Shown: positions 38,419 to 51,400 of the stretch, one piece after another
How positions within the stretch are numbered: position 1 is the first letter of the stretch
Layout of the letters: each line of letters opens with the position of its first letter
From: an uncultured Chloroflexia bacterium
Lineage (GTDB): Bacteria > Chloroflexota > Limnocylindria > Limnocylindrales > CSP1-4
Length of the DNA stretch: 64,000 nt
NCBI GenBank assembly: GCA_963743855.1
Contig: CAVURK010000006.1
Location: 1,141,119 to 1,205,118, forward strand
Direction: 5' to 3'
The notes under the pieces: generated by a model
Database searches by the model: none
What the model saw: only the letters and a program-made list of their open reading frames with translations
Told to the model about the DNA's origin: nothing
Position numbers and translations under genes: made by a program

Positions 38419-39909
38419 ATGATGATCCGACGGTTCCTCGCGCTCGCGGTCGTCGCGATCGCGCTTTCTGCGTGCTCATCCGGGAACGCCGCCGACGCCA
38501 CGGCCGACGGGGCCGGCGGCGAGCTCCAGGCGACGGACTGGGTCCTCGACTCGTATGCCGTGAACGGGGCGCTCACGATCGTTCCGTCCGACCAGTACGC
38601 CGACGCCGACTTCCGAGCCAATCGCGTCAAGGGCTTCGCCGGCTGCAACGACTACGACGCCGTGTACGTCAGCAACGGCCGCGGCCTCTTCGTCGGCATG
38701 CCGATCACGACCATCATGTCGTGCGGTGAGACCGCCGACGCGTTCCAGGGCAGCTTCATCACGTTGCTGCTGCAGAGTCGCTACTACAACGTCCGCGGCG
38801 ACACGCTGACCATCCGCGGGGCCGACCTGTCGATCCTGCTCGTGTTCGACGCGGCCCCGAAGAACCCGCTGCTCGGGTCGTGGGTCGTCGACAGCTTGTC
38901 GACCGCGCCGAACAGCGTGTCCGTGGTCCTGCCCGGAACCGAATTGACGGCCGTGTTCCGGATCAAGACGGTGTCCGGGTCGTCGGGCTGCAACTCGTAC
39001 CAGGGTCCGTACACCACGAACGGTGACGTCGTTGCCATCGGACCCCTGGCCGGGACCCAGATCGCCTGTCCCGAGGACGTCATGGCCCAGGAACAGGCGT
39101 TCCTCCAGGACATGAAGGGCGTCGGGCGACTCGTGCAAAAGGCGAATGACCGCATCACCCTCACCGACATCAGCGGCAGCGTGCTGGTCTCGCTGGTCAG
39201 GCCGTCTGCGCTCGAGCCATCGCCTGGTCCAAGTGCGAGTGCGAGTGCGACCGCGACCCCGAGCGCGACCCCCTCATCGACGCCGAGCAGCGCGCCGTCG
39301 CCAAGCGCGTCTGCCACGGCGACGCCGACGCCAGCTCCGACACCCACCCCGGCCGCCACCGCTGCACCGACCGCATCGCCGGCGGCCAGTGGGACGCCGG
39401 CACCGACCGTGGTCCCACCCGCATCGATCCCGCCGACCGCGACCTGCCAGCTGGTCATCCCGTCCAGCGTGGCGATCACGGTCGTCTACCCGGAGACGTG
39501 GTTCACGACCACGACGCCAACGACCATCGCCTGCCAGTACTTCGACCCGGCCGCGATCACCGTCCCGACCGACCCGGCCAACCTCAAGACCGCAGTCATG
39601 ATCAAGGCCGACACGTCGACGACCTATCAGGACGCCCTGGCCGCGGCGACCAACCCGGCCGACTGGACCGTGCTCACCAACGAGCCTGTCACGATCGGTG
39701 GCCTCCCGGCGACCCGCCTCCAGGCGACCGCGAAGATCTCGACGCCGGAGGTGTCGGCCGGCGCCACCCGCTATGGCTACCTCATCGATTCCGCCGGACA
39801 TCCCCTCTGGATCGAAACCTCGGGGACCGTCGGCGACGCAACGTTCACCACGAACATGTCGGTCGTGGATCTGATCGTCTCCCAGTCGACAGTGACGCCG
39901 ACCCCGTGA
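38419..39909 (+). CDS. lipoprotein with two META (HslJ-like) domains and a C-terminal domain
   Basis: Lipobox AIALSACS. The META repeats are LQATDWVLDSY...ANRVKGFAGCNDYDAVY and LLGSWVVDSL...SGSSGCNSYQGPYT. A Pro/Ser/Thr/Ala linker follows, then about 170 aa of C-terminal domain. Confidence 0.8.
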   Translation: MMIRRFLALAVVAIALSACSSGNAADATADGAGGELQATDWVLDSYAVNGALTIVPSDQYADADFRANRVKGFAGCNDYDAVYVSNGRGLFVGMPITTIMSCGETADAFQGSFITLLLQSRYYNVRGDTLTIRGADLSILLVFDAAPKNPLLGSWVVDSLSTAPNSVSVVLPGTELTAVFRIKTVSGSSGCNSYQGPYTTNGDVVAIGPLAGTQIACPEDVMAQEQAFLQDMKGVGRLVQKANDRITLTDISGSVLVSLVRPSALEPSPGPSASASATATPSATPSSTPSSAPSPSASATATPTPAPTPTPAATAAPTASPAASGTPAPTVVPPASIPPTATCQLVIPSSVAITVVYPETWFTTTTPTTIACQYFDPAAITVPTDPANLKTAVMIKADTSTTYQDALAAATNPADWTVLTNEPVTIGGLPATRLQATAKISTPEVSAGATRYGYLIDSAGHPLWIETSGTVGDATFTTNMSVVDLIVSQSTVTPTP

Positions 39910-39956
39910 CCTGATTGCCGGCCGGCGATTCGCCGGCCGGCCGCTACCCTACCCAC

Positions 39957-41633
<1,677 letters not shown>

Positions 41634-41649
41634 GGCGCGAGCGACCCGG

Positions 41650-42063
41650 CTAGATGAGCGTTTCGCGCTCGTCGCTGCGGATCCGGTCGCTGAGCGACAT
41701 CAGGATCCCGAGGCGGACCGCACCGAACCGGTCCATCAGCTCCTGGAACGCCGATCGCTCGATCGCGAGGGCATTGACCGGGCCGATCGCGACCGCCGAC
41801 GCGGTTCGAGGGCGTCCGTCGATCAGGGAGATCTCGCCGAGGAAGTCGCCGGGGCCGAGGTCCCTGACCGTCTTTCCGTGGCGCGAGACGCGAAGCTTGC
41901 CGTCGACGACCACATAGAACGCGTCGCCCGGTTCGCCCTCCACGGTGACCGCCTGGCCGTCCGCGAACTGGACCTCGGTCGCGAGGCCACAGACTGCCTC
42001 GAGCGCGGGCTCGGTCATGCCCTGGAAGAGCGGGACGGCCTTGAGCTGGTCGACGACGGACAT
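41650..42063 (-). CDS. stand-alone cyclic nucleotide-binding domain protein
   Basis: LKAVPLFQGMTEPALEAV...GEPGDAFYVVVDGKLRV...LGPGDFLGEISLIDGRPRTASAVA is a CAP-family cNMP-binding fold without an output domain. Confidence 0.85.
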   Translation of the reverse strand: MSVVDQLKAVPLFQGMTEPALEAVCGLATEVQFADGQAVTVEGEPGDAFYVVVDGKLRVSRHGKTVRDLGPGDFLGEISLIDGRPRTASAVAIGPVNALAIERSAFQELMDRFGAVRLGILMSLSDRIRSDERETLI

Positions 42064-42166
42064 CCTCGTCCTCCTGCAGGTTGGATCGGGCGTGAGCCTA
42101 GCGGGAGTCGGTTAACGGACCGTCAACGGGGTGCTGGGTCCCGTGGGCGGCGCTACTGTGAGACGT

Positions 42167-42607
42167 ATGGCGAGCGTCACGAACCGGGTCACCATCGAGC
42201 GGGCGATCGACGACGTGTTCGCCGTCATGACAGATGTCGAGAAGAGTGGGACATGGTTCCCAGGTGACGTCGAGGAGCACTGGACGTCGCCGCCACCACA
42301 CGGGATCGGGTCGACGCGGCATGCGGTCGTGACCATGTACGGACGTCGGCAGGAGAACGATGCCGTGACGACCGAATTCGATCCGCCCCATCGCGCGGCC
42401 ATGCGCGGTACGACCTCGAACGCCCCGTTCGTCGTCACCCTCACATTCGCGACAGCAGGGGTCGCGACAGACGTCGAGGTCCTTTCCGAGATCTCGCTCC
42501 ACGGCATGGCCCGCGTGTTCGGACCACCATTTGCGCTGATGTACGGCCGGATGTGGGCGCGCGGGCTCGCGAACCTCAAGCAGATGATGGAGTCGGGAGC
42601 GCTCTAG
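42167..42607 (+). CDS. SRPBCC family protein
   Basis: MASVTNRVTIERAIDDVFAVMTDVEKSGTWFPG...TTEFDPPHRAAMRGTTSNAPFVVTLTF. The ORF track start at 42131 is an alternative. Confidence 0.7.
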   Translation: MASVTNRVTIERAIDDVFAVMTDVEKSGTWFPGDVEEHWTSPPPHGIGSTRHAVVTMYGRRQENDAVTTEFDPPHRAAMRGTTSNAPFVVTLTFATAGVATDVEVLSEISLHGMARVFGPPFALMYGRMWARGLANLKQMMESGAL

Positions 42608-42630
42608 GACCAGAGTCGCAGCCGACCGCC

Positions 42631-43125
42631 CTACGCTCCGAGACCTTCCGCGTCGCCGTAGGCCCAGACATCGAGCTCGTCGAGGTCGATGACGTCGATG
42701 CCGTTGGTGGCGAGGGCGGCGGCGATCTGTGCCCGATGCTCGGTCGCATGGTGGATGGCCTGGCCGACGATGGTCGATCGCATCCGACCCTCCCGACCCG
42801 GGTCCGGGGAGGGGCACGGCCCATCCGGCATGGCAGCCTGGACGCGGATCCTCGCGTCGTGCGCTGCGCAGCGAGCCGCGACCTCGGCGAGCTCGCGCAC
42901 CGTCGTCGGCGGCTCGCTCCCGTCGGGGCGCGGCACTCCCTCGAGCCGAGCGGCGTATCGCAATGCCGCGTCCACGAGGTGTTGGAGGATCATCGCGACC
43001 GTCCACTCGTTGCGCGGCGACGCGAGCGCGAGCGCATCGTCTGTTTGGCCGGCGAGGATGCCGATCACTTCTGCATTCGCCCAAGCCATGTGGCGAACCA
43101 GCCTGTCCAGGGTCGGGTCACTCAT
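42631..43125 (-). CDS. DinB family protein
   Basis: LVRHMAWANAEVIGIL...WTVAMILQHLVDAALRY...GQAIHHATEHRAQIAAAL shows the four-helix DinB His pattern. Confidence 0.75.
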   Translation of the reverse strand: MSDPTLDRLVRHMAWANAEVIGILAGQTDDALALASPRNEWTVAMILQHLVDAALRYAARLEGVPRPDGSEPPTTVRELAEVAARCAAHDARIRVQAAMPDGPCPSPDPGREGRMRSTIVGQAIHHATEHRAQIAAALATNGIDVIDLDELDVWAYGDAEGLGA

Positions 43126-43228
43126 CGCCGCTCCATCACTCGGTCTTCATCGGTCCGCCATCATCCCCCACGAACGGCCCGCGCGTACACTCCCGCTGCC
43201 CGTTCCGGTCAGACCGTCGACCCTGGAG

Positions 43229-44188
43229 ATGCACGTGATGCTCTGCCCGCCCCAGGCGGCCCGAGGACTGCTCGGCTTCATCGTCGTGGCGATGATCTCC
43301 TCCGGATGTGGCGCGACTCCGCGGTCCTCCGCGAGCGCCGATCCCTCCGCCGACAAGCTCGCCCAGATCCGCGCTCGCGGCACATTGGTCCTGCCGACCG
43401 ATCCGGCCTATCCCCCATCGTCGTTCGCGGTCGAGGGTGCGGTTCGATCACCGAACAGCAAATGCCAGGTCAACGAGAAGACCCGGGCCGAGCTCGACGG
43501 GTACGACGTCGCCGTCGGGAACCTGATCGCCGACGCCATCGGCGTCGAACCGTGCTACGTCGTGCCGACGTGGACCGAGATGCTGGCGGGCCACTGGGCT
43601 GATCGGTGGGACATCGCGTTCGCGTCGATCGGGGTCGCCCAGGAACGGATGGATGCTCTCTTCTTCACCAAGCCGTACATCGGCTCGCCGGAGCGCCTCT
43701 GGGTCAATCGAGCGTCCACCGCCCAGAAGATGGCCGACCTCGACGGCAAGCGGATCGGCGTCTGTACGGCGTGTTGGGCCGATCTCTATCTCCAGAAGCG
43801 TCTCGTCGTCCCGGGCATGAAGATCGACTACGCCGTCGACGATGCAAAGATCGTGGGTTATGCCGTCGAAGCCGCCGGTCTCCAGGATGTCGCCGACGGC
43901 AAGCTGGACGCGTTCCTGTGCGCGGACACTGTGGCGCAGGGGCTCATCGACGCGGGCAAGCCGATCCGCGGCATCGAGCCGGCGGCGTACATCGGGATCC
44001 CGGCCGGCGCGATCGACAAGGCATCCGGCAGATCCGTCAAGTCGCTGTATGACTTCGTCAATGACGCGCTGACGAAGCGGTTCGCCGATGGGACCCTCGC
44101 CCACCTGTCCATGCAGTATTTCGGACACGATTATGCGACGGCGGCGGCCGCGATCGACCCGGCGTCATTCGCACAGGATGTCCGATGA
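43229..44188 (+). CDS. family-3 solute-binding lipoprotein (amino-acid-type ABC substrate-binding protein)
   Basis: Lipobox VAMISSGCG, then DKLAQIRARGTLVLPTDPAYPP...GYDVAVGNLIADAIGVEP...DIAFASIG...FTKPY...GKRIGVC...GKLDAFLCAD. The reading frame is intact. Confidence 0.8.
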   Translation: MHVMLCPPQAARGLLGFIVVAMISSGCGATPRSSASADPSADKLAQIRARGTLVLPTDPAYPPSSFAVEGAVRSPNSKCQVNEKTRAELDGYDVAVGNLIADAIGVEPCYVVPTWTEMLAGHWADRWDIAFASIGVAQERMDALFFTKPYIGSPERLWVNRASTAQKMADLDGKRIGVCTACWADLYLQKRLVVPGMKIDYAVDDAKIVGYAVEAAGLQDVADGKLDAFLCADTVAQGLIDAGKPIRGIEPAAYIGIPAGAIDKASGRSVKSLYDFVNDALTKRFADGTLAHLSMQYFGHDYATAAAAIDPASFAQDVR

Positions 44189-44197
44189 TCGCCATTC

Positions 44198-44226
44198 TTG
44201 CGTTGGCCCGAGCGACCACATAGCAT
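44198..44226 (+). promoter_or_regulatory. candidate promoter upstream of the ParA/MinD-like gene
   Basis: TTGCGT (44198-44203), then a 17-nt spacer, then TAGCAT (44221-44226), about 75 nt upstream of GTG 44301. Confidence 0.3.
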
Positions 44227-44300
44227 CTGCGACCGGACGGCCTCGTGCCCATACCCTGCCCGTCCACGCTGCCCCGCCTAGCCCAACCCCAGAGGTACCG

Positions 44301-45067
44301 GTGGCGACCGTCATCAGCGTGCACTCGTTCCGAGGCGGGACGGGCAAGTCGAATACGACTGCGAACCTGGCAGCGATCTATGCGCGCGCCGGTCGTGCGT
44401 GTCGGCGTCATCGATACCGACATCCAGTCGCCCGGCATCCATGTCCTGTTCGGGCTCGCCGGGGACGAGATCGAGGCATCGCTCAACGACTTCCTGTGGC
44501 ACGACCGCGCGATCGAGGAGGTCGCCCTCGATGTCACGAGCGCGGCCGGCCCGGACACGACCGGGCGGATCCACCTGATCCCGTCGAGCATGAAGCCGGG
44601 TGAGATCGCCCGGGTCCTGCGCGAGGGCTACGACGCGCAGCGGATGACCGAGGGGTTCCGGCAGCTGATCTCCGCCCTCGATCTCGACGTCCTGCTGATC
44701 GACACGCACCCGGGTCTCAACGAGGAAACGCTCCTGTCGCTGGTCCTGTCCGACAGTCTGCTGATCGTCATGCGGCCCGACCGCCAGGACTACGAGGGAA
44801 CGGGCGTCACCGCGCGGGTCGCCCGCGAGCTCGAGGTCCCGCGGATCCGGATCCTCGTCAACAAGCTGCCCGATTCGTTCGATGCGGTCGCCGTGGCCGC
44901 CCGGGTCGAGGAGGCGTACCGCTGCCCGGTCGCCGCCGTGATCCCGCATTCGGACGACGTCATGCGGCTCGCCAGCGAGGGGATCTTCGTCGGTCCGCGA
45001 GCCCGATCATCCGGTGTCGTCGCTGTTTCGGGCGGTCGCGGCGACCCTGGTCGGCGATGGCGGCTGA
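44301..45067 (+). pseudogene. ParA/MinD-like P-loop ATPase, two frame changes (near 44396 and 44992)
   Basis: GTG 44301 follows AGAGG. VATVISVHSFRGGTGKSNTTANLAAIYARAG is in the frame of ORF 44088. RVGVIDTDIQSPGIHVLFG...LLIDTHPGLNEETL...ILVNKLP...AVIPHSDD is in ORF 44245. The end EPDHPVSSLFRAVAATLVGDGG is in a third frame, running to TGA 45065-45067. Confidence 0.8.
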
Positions 45068-47324
45068 CGACGCACCGATCTTCTCTCGGGCGGACGTCAC
45101 CGGCGGGCTGCCGGCGCGCCGGGCGAGCACCCTCCTCTACGCGATCGAGGCGCGGACGGCGCTCCTGACGTCGCGCGCGCGACGGGCGATGGCCCGGTTC
45201 GAGACCGAGCGAACGGCCGCCGAGCACGAGGGCCAGTTCCTGAGCGCTCTGGCCGAGGGCCGCAGCCTGCCGACCCGGCCGACGATCCAGGACCTGGATC
45301 GCCACGGCCGAGTCTGGGCCAGTCCTCGTCCCGGCCGAACCGGCGCTGCGGGCCGAGATCCTGCGCAGGATCGTCGAGAAGTACGGCCTGCCGGCGCAGG
45401 CCCGCAATCTGCGGGCGGCGCTCGGCGCGGACGATCCGGCCGTCGCCGACGCCTATCAGCGCGCGGACGGGCACGACCCTGGCCGCGGCCGCGGCATCGC
45501 TCCGCCTGCCGCTGCGCGAGCGGCTGCGCTGGCGACGGGCGCCGTGTCGCGCCGGCTCGAGACGCTGCCGCCGTTCTGGCTGGCGTACACCCTGACCCTG
45601 ACCGAGACCGTCGGCGGCGGCGTCCTGGCCCTGCCGATCGCGTTCGCCGGGTTCGGGCCGGTCGGCGCGACCGTCCTGCTGCTGGTCTTCGGCCTGCTCA
45701 ACATGCTGACGGTCGCGGCGCTCGTCGAGAGCATCACCCGCGACGGGCGGATGCGCTACGGGAATGCCTTCTTCGGCCGGCTGATCGGGGACTACCTCGG
45801 CCGACCCGGGCTGGCGATCGCGGTTCCCGACGCTGTTCGTCCTCGACGCGGTCGGGTTCAGCGTCGCGCTCGTCGGCTTCGGGACGACGATGGCCGGGGT
45901 CACCGGGTCTGTCCGTCCTGATCTGGGCGGCGGCCCTGTTCGCTCGTCGTGATGGCGATCCTGTGGCGCGGGACGCTCGATGCGACGGTCGCGGTGGCGG
46001 TCGGGGTCGGGTCGATCAACATCTTGCCTGCTGCTGCTGATCTCGGCGATCGCCTTCGCGAACGCCCGGCCGGACGCGTTCGCGACCGGCGTCGGGACCG
46101 GGATCGCCTTCGATGCGTCCCTCCTCGAGCTGATCTTCGGGGTCGCCCTGGTCGCCTACTTCGGGCACACCTCGGCCGGCCACGCGGCCAAGGTCGTCCT
46201 GGCCCGGGACCCGAGCGGCCGGCATCTGCTGGCCGGCAACGTGGCGGCGATGCTGGCCGCGATGGTCATCTACATCGTCTTCGTCCTGGTCGCTGACCGC
46301 GCGCGGTCGGTGCGAGCGCGCTGGCGGGCTATGCCGGCACGGCACTGACGCCGCTGGCCGCAGCGGATCGGGCCGATCATCGACGTCCTCGGGACGATCT
46401 ACATCGTCCTCGGCGGTCGGGCTGAGCGCGATCTACCTCGGACTCGGCCTCTTCAACCAGATGGCCGACCTGATCGTCGCCGTGCCCGGACAGGCCGGCC
46501 AACAGCTGGGCGGCGCCGGCGCGGCTCGTCGACTTCGCGCTGCGCGCCGGCCCGCTGGCCGGTCATCTTCATCGTCGTCGAGGTCCTCCTGTCGCGCGGC
46601 TCGATCTCGTTCACCGGGCCGCTCAACGTGGTCGGGACGCTGACCCTGCCGCTCCTGGGCGGCGTCTTCCCGATGCTCCTGCTCGTCGCCGCGCGTCGCC
46701 GCGGCGACCGGCTGCCCGGGCCGGATGATCGGCCCGCTCGGCTGGCCGGTCGTCGGCCATCGTGATCGGTGGCGTCTTCCTGTTCGGCGTCGTCGCCTTC
46801 GGGCTGTGGATCTGGGACTCGCCGCTCGAACGGATCGCGGCGCTGGTCGTCGGCGTGGCGATGATCGCCCTGACCGTCGTCAGCTGGCGACGCGGGGCGT
46901 TCGCGCCGCGCACGGTCGTCGAGTACCGGGTCGAGACCGGGCCGCCGGATCGGGGGATCCTGTCGGTCGTGTCCGGCGGGCGCCGGATCCCGACATCGGT
47001 GGATCTCGAGGAATCGACCGGATCGGCGCCGGCTCGAGGGGACCGAGATCGTGATCAACGCGCCGAACCGCCTCCGGGCGATGACGCGTCGACCTGCCGG
47101 TCGGGATCGCGTCCCAGATCTCGCGCTGGGTCCATGCCGTCGGTCCGGACGGCGGATCGTCGCGCACGCCCGTGGACGTGCAGCTCGTCGACGGCTCGGC
47201 CGAGACGGCGTTTCGCGTAGCCGATGAGGCCACCTCGGCATTCACCGTCGAACCCAGCGTCGAGCCCGGCGACGACCCGGCACGACTGACGATCTCGCTG
47301 ACACCTGCGCGGGTGCCGGCATGA
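45057..47324 (+). pseudogene. large membrane protein: soluble N-domain + amino-acid-permease-like polytopic core + C-terminal beta-rich domain; at least 12 frame changes
   Basis: ATG 45057 overlaps the upstream stop (ATGGCGGCTGA). By hopping frames I read MAADDAPIFSRADVTGGLPARRASTLLYAIEARTA..., LVPAEPALRAEILRRIVEKYGLPAQ, LETLPPFWLAYTLTLTETVGGGVLALPIAFAGFGPVGATVLLLVFGLLNMLTV, FPTLFVLDAVGFSVALVGFGTTMAGV, LLLLISAIAFANA...GVALVAYFGHTSAGHAAKVV...AAMLAAMVIYIVFVLV, IGPIIDVLGTIYIVLG, IFIVVEVLLSRGSISFTGPLNVVGTLTLPLLGGVFPMLLLVAA, IGGVFLFGVVAFGLWIW and the end VDLPVGIASQISRWVHAVGPDG...ARLTISLTPARVPA up to the stop at 47322-47324. Confidence 0.65.
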
Positions 47325-47443
47325 TCGCCCGTCCCGCCCGTCCGTAACGAGGAGGCCGAAAGCAGTTGTCCCATGCAATGGATCGCAGCGGACGACCCGA
47401 CAGCGGGCCAGTTCGCCCTCGACAGGATCGGCCAGACCGTCAC

Positions 47444-48420
47444 ATGAGGCACCCGATGTCAGCTCATCGCTCACTCGCTCGGTCGCTCGTCCTGGTCGCG
47501 GTGATCGCCGCCACCCTCTCGGCTTGCAGCGGCGGTTCATCGGGAGGCGCCGCCGCCTCGCCGTCCGGCGACCCGACCAAGGACAAGCTCGCCCAGGTCC
47601 AGGCGCGCGGGACCCTGGTCCTGTGGACGGATCCGGACTACGCGCCGCAGTCGATGGCGGTCAACGGTGCCGCCCGGCTCTCGACTACGAAGTGCGCCCC
47701 GAACCAGATGACCGCGCCGGAGATGGCCGGCTACGACGCCGAGACGGGCAAGCTCGTGGCGGCCGAGCTCGGCGTCGAGCCGTGCTTCGTCGCGGTCCCG
47801 TTCGACCAGGTCATCGCCGGCGGCTGGGGCGACCGGTGCGATGTCGCCTGGGGCTCGGGCGCCATGACGACCGATCGGATGACGACGCTGTACGTGACGC
47901 AGCCGTACTACACGACGCCGGCCAACTTCTTCGTCAAGAAGGACTCGGCGTACAAGACCCCGGCCGACCTGGACGGCAAGCAGATCGGCGCCTGCTCCGG
48001 CTGCACCCACGAGCAGTACCTGAAGAGGCACCCTGTCCCTGCCCGGCGAGACGCTGACATACGCCGTCGCGGACCCGAAGCTCGTGACCTACGCCTCGGA
48101 GCCCCCCGGCCTCGACGACGTCGCCGCGGGCAAGATCGACGCGTTCCTGTGCAGCCAGCCGGTCGGGGCCGGGGCGATCGCCAAGGGCGAGCAACCTCCG
48201 GATGCTCGACACGCCGGCCTTCTACACCTACAAGACCGGCTACGTCGACCGCGGCATGACCCTCGCCCCGCGGCCTTCCTGGCCGCGATCGACGGCGCGA
48301 TCCGTGACCTCGAGGCCGGCGGCAAGCTCAAGGCGCCTGTCGATCAAGTTCTTCGGGACCGACTACGTGACCGCGGCGGCCACGTTCGACCTGGCCGGCG
48401 TCGGCCAGACCGTTCCGTAG
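47444..48420 (+). pseudogene. family-3 solute-binding lipoprotein, paralog of 43229..44188, about 4 frame changes
   Basis: Lipobox AATLSACSGG, then DKLAQVQARGTLVLWTDPDYAP...GYDAETGKLVAAELGVEPC...GKQIGACSGC in ORF 47366. YASEPPGLDDVAAGKIDAFLCSQPVGAGAIAKGE is in ORF 48084. MLDTPAFYTYKTGYVDRG and SIKFFGTDYVTAAATFDLAG are in ORF 48202. Frame changes fall near 48030, 48195, 48270 and 48340. Confidence 0.75.
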
Positions 48421-48437
48421 GGATCGGCCGCACTCCG

Positions 48438-51400
48438 GTGTCGCGGACCGAGCCGCATCGCCTGGCCCTGGCGCCGGAGCCTGCGCGCGCGGCTGGTCGC
48501 CTACTTCCTGCTGCTCTCGACGGTCACCGTCGCTGGTCGTCGGCGCGATCGTCTACGTCCGGGCGACCGGCGACCTGACCGGCCGCGGTCTACGACCGCT
48601 CGATGCCGTCGCCTCGGTCAAGGCGGATGCGCTCGACCGCTGGATCGACGAGCAGACCCGCAACGTCGTCTACGTCGGCTCGATCCCGGGCTTCGGCGAC
48701 GACTGCCCGGACCTTCCTCGACCCGACCGCTCCTGCCGCCGACCGAAGCGCCGCGGAGGGTCGACTGCGGTCGGACCTCGCCACGGTCGTCACCAAGACG
48801 GCCGACGCCGAGGAGATCTTCATCCTCGACCTCGACGGAACGATCCGAGCTCTCGACGCTGGCCGGGCACGAGGGCACCAGCCAGGCCAGCCGAGTCGCT
48901 TCTTCACCGACGGCTCGTCGCACACGACCGTCCAGAACGTCTACACGTCGACCCTGACGAACCGGCCGACGATCACGGTGGCCACGCCGCTGTTCGACCA
49001 GAACGGCAGCGGCCAGCGGGTCGCCGTCCTGGCCGCGAACCTGAGCCTCCAGCGGCTCGACCGGATCATCCTCGAGCGGACCGGCCTGGGTGACTCCGGT
49101 CGGACGTACCTCGTCGGACCGGACGGGCGGCTGATCCAGGGCTCGACCGCAGGGCACACAGGCAGAAGCGGTCGACTCCGAGGGGATCCAGCAGGTCCGT
49201 GCCGAGTCAGAGCGGCCAGGGCCTGTACGTCGACGACCGTGGGACGCCGGTCATCGGGGTCTACCACTGGATCGCCGATCGCGGGGCGGGGCTGCTCGCC
49301 GAGCTGAGCCAGGACGAGGCGTTCGGATCGGCGCGCCAGCTCGCGCTGACGATCGGGCTCGTCGGGCTGGTCTCGGCGGTCCTGCTCACGGGCGGGATCT
49401 GGTTCGTGGCCCGTCGGGTGACGCGACCGATCCTGTCGCTCGCCGCGACCGCGGCCAAGGTGACCGCCGGCGACCTGGAGGCCGTCTCCGGGATCCAGTC
49501 CGAGGACGAGGTCGGGACGCTCGCCGTCGCGTTCGACGAGATGACCGCCGAGCTGCGGTCGAACGTCGCGACCCTCGAACAGCGCGTCCAGGACCGCACG
49601 GCCGAGCTCGATCGCCAGAAGTCGTATTTCGAGTCGCTCGTCGCGGTCAGCCCGGTCGCGATCGTCACGATGGACAGCGACGAGCAGGTGTCCGGCTGGA
49701 ACCCGGCCGCGACGACCCTGTTCGGGTACGAGCCGGACGAGGCCATCGGCCGCAACATCGACGACCTGATCCTGCGGGACGAGTCGCTCCGCGACGTCGG
49801 CCACGCCCTCACCCGCCGGGCTGCCGAACAGGGCCGTGCCTACCAGATCGGCCAGCGGATGCGCAAGGACGGCTCGGTCATCGATGCCGAGGTCGTCATC
49901 GTGCCGCTCGTCGTCCACGGCGAGCAGCTCGGCTACTACGCGATCTACCACGACATCACCGAGCTCAACGCGGCCCGCCGCGAGGCCGATTCGGCGAACC
50001 AGGCCAAGAGCGCCTTCCTGGCCGCGATGAGCCACGAGATCCGGACGCCGATGAACGCGGTCATCGGCATGAGCGGCCTGCTGCTCGACACGCCGCTCGA
50101 CAGCGACCAGCGCGACTACGCCGAGACGATCCACACCTCGGGCGAGGCGCTGCTCACGATCATCAACGACATCCTCGACTTCTCGAAGATCGAGGCCGGC
50201 CGGATCGAGCTGGACGCGCATCCGTTCGTCCTGGCCGCGACGATCGAGGGCGCGCTCGACGTGATGGGGCCGATCGCCGCCAAGAAGGGCCTCGAGCTGG
50301 TCTACGTCGCTCGACCCGGACCTGCCGCGGACGCTCATCGGCGACGCCGGCCGGCTCCGCCAGATCGTCCTCAACCTGCTGTCGAACGCGATCAAGTTCA
50401 CCGACACGGCGAGGTCAGCGTCGCTGTCTCCGGCTCGGCGCATCGACGCCGGCGCGCCCACGACGACGGGGCCGGACGCTGGGCGATCCACGTCGACGAT
50501 CCGCGACACCGGGATCGGCATCCCGCCCGACCGGATCGGTCGGCTGTTCCAGTCGTTCAGCCAGGCCGACGCGTCGATCTCGCGGACGCTACGGCGGGAC
50601 GGGGCTCGGGCTCGCGATCAGCCGGCGCCTGGCGGAGCTGATGGACGGCTCGCTCGTCGCCGAGAGCAGCGGCATTCCCGGCGAGGGCAGCACCTTCCGA
50701 CTCATCGTCCAGCCTGCCGGCCGTCGCCGGATCAGGCGGCTGCGACTCGCAGCCCCGGCGATCGACCTGCGCCGGCCGTCGCGTCCTCGTCGTCGACGAC
50801 AACGCAACGAACCTGCGGATCCTCGTCGCGCAGCTCGAGCGACTCGGGCTGGCCGTGACCTCGACGCGGTCCGCGCTCGAGGCGCGCGACCTCGCAACCG
50901 CGGCCGACGGGGCGTTCGATGCCGTCATCACCGACCTCCGGATGCCCGACCTCGACGGCCTCGCGCTGGCGGCGGCGATCCGGTCGACGCGCGGCAGCGA
51001 GGCCCCGCCGGTCATCGTCCTGTCGTCACTCGGCCAGCGCGACCGCGACGCCGAGGCGACCGCGGCATTCCTGACGAAGCCGGTGAAGCCGGCGGCCCTC
51101 CGCGAGGTCCTCGTGCAGGTCCTGAGCGGGTCCGTCGTCCAGGCGGCGCCGCGCCCGCCGGATCGGTGCGACGATCGACCCGACGATGAGCGAGCAGCAC
51201 CCGTCATCCGCTGCGGATCTCTGGCGGAGGACAACGCCGTCAACCAGAAGCTCGCGATCCGCCTCCTGCAGCGGATGGGCTACACCACCGATGTCGCCGC
51301 AGACGGCCTGGCGGCGATCGCCGCCCTCGAAGCGCAGGACTACGACGTCGTCCTGATGGACGTGCAGATGCCTGAGCTCGATGGACTCGAGGCCACCCGA

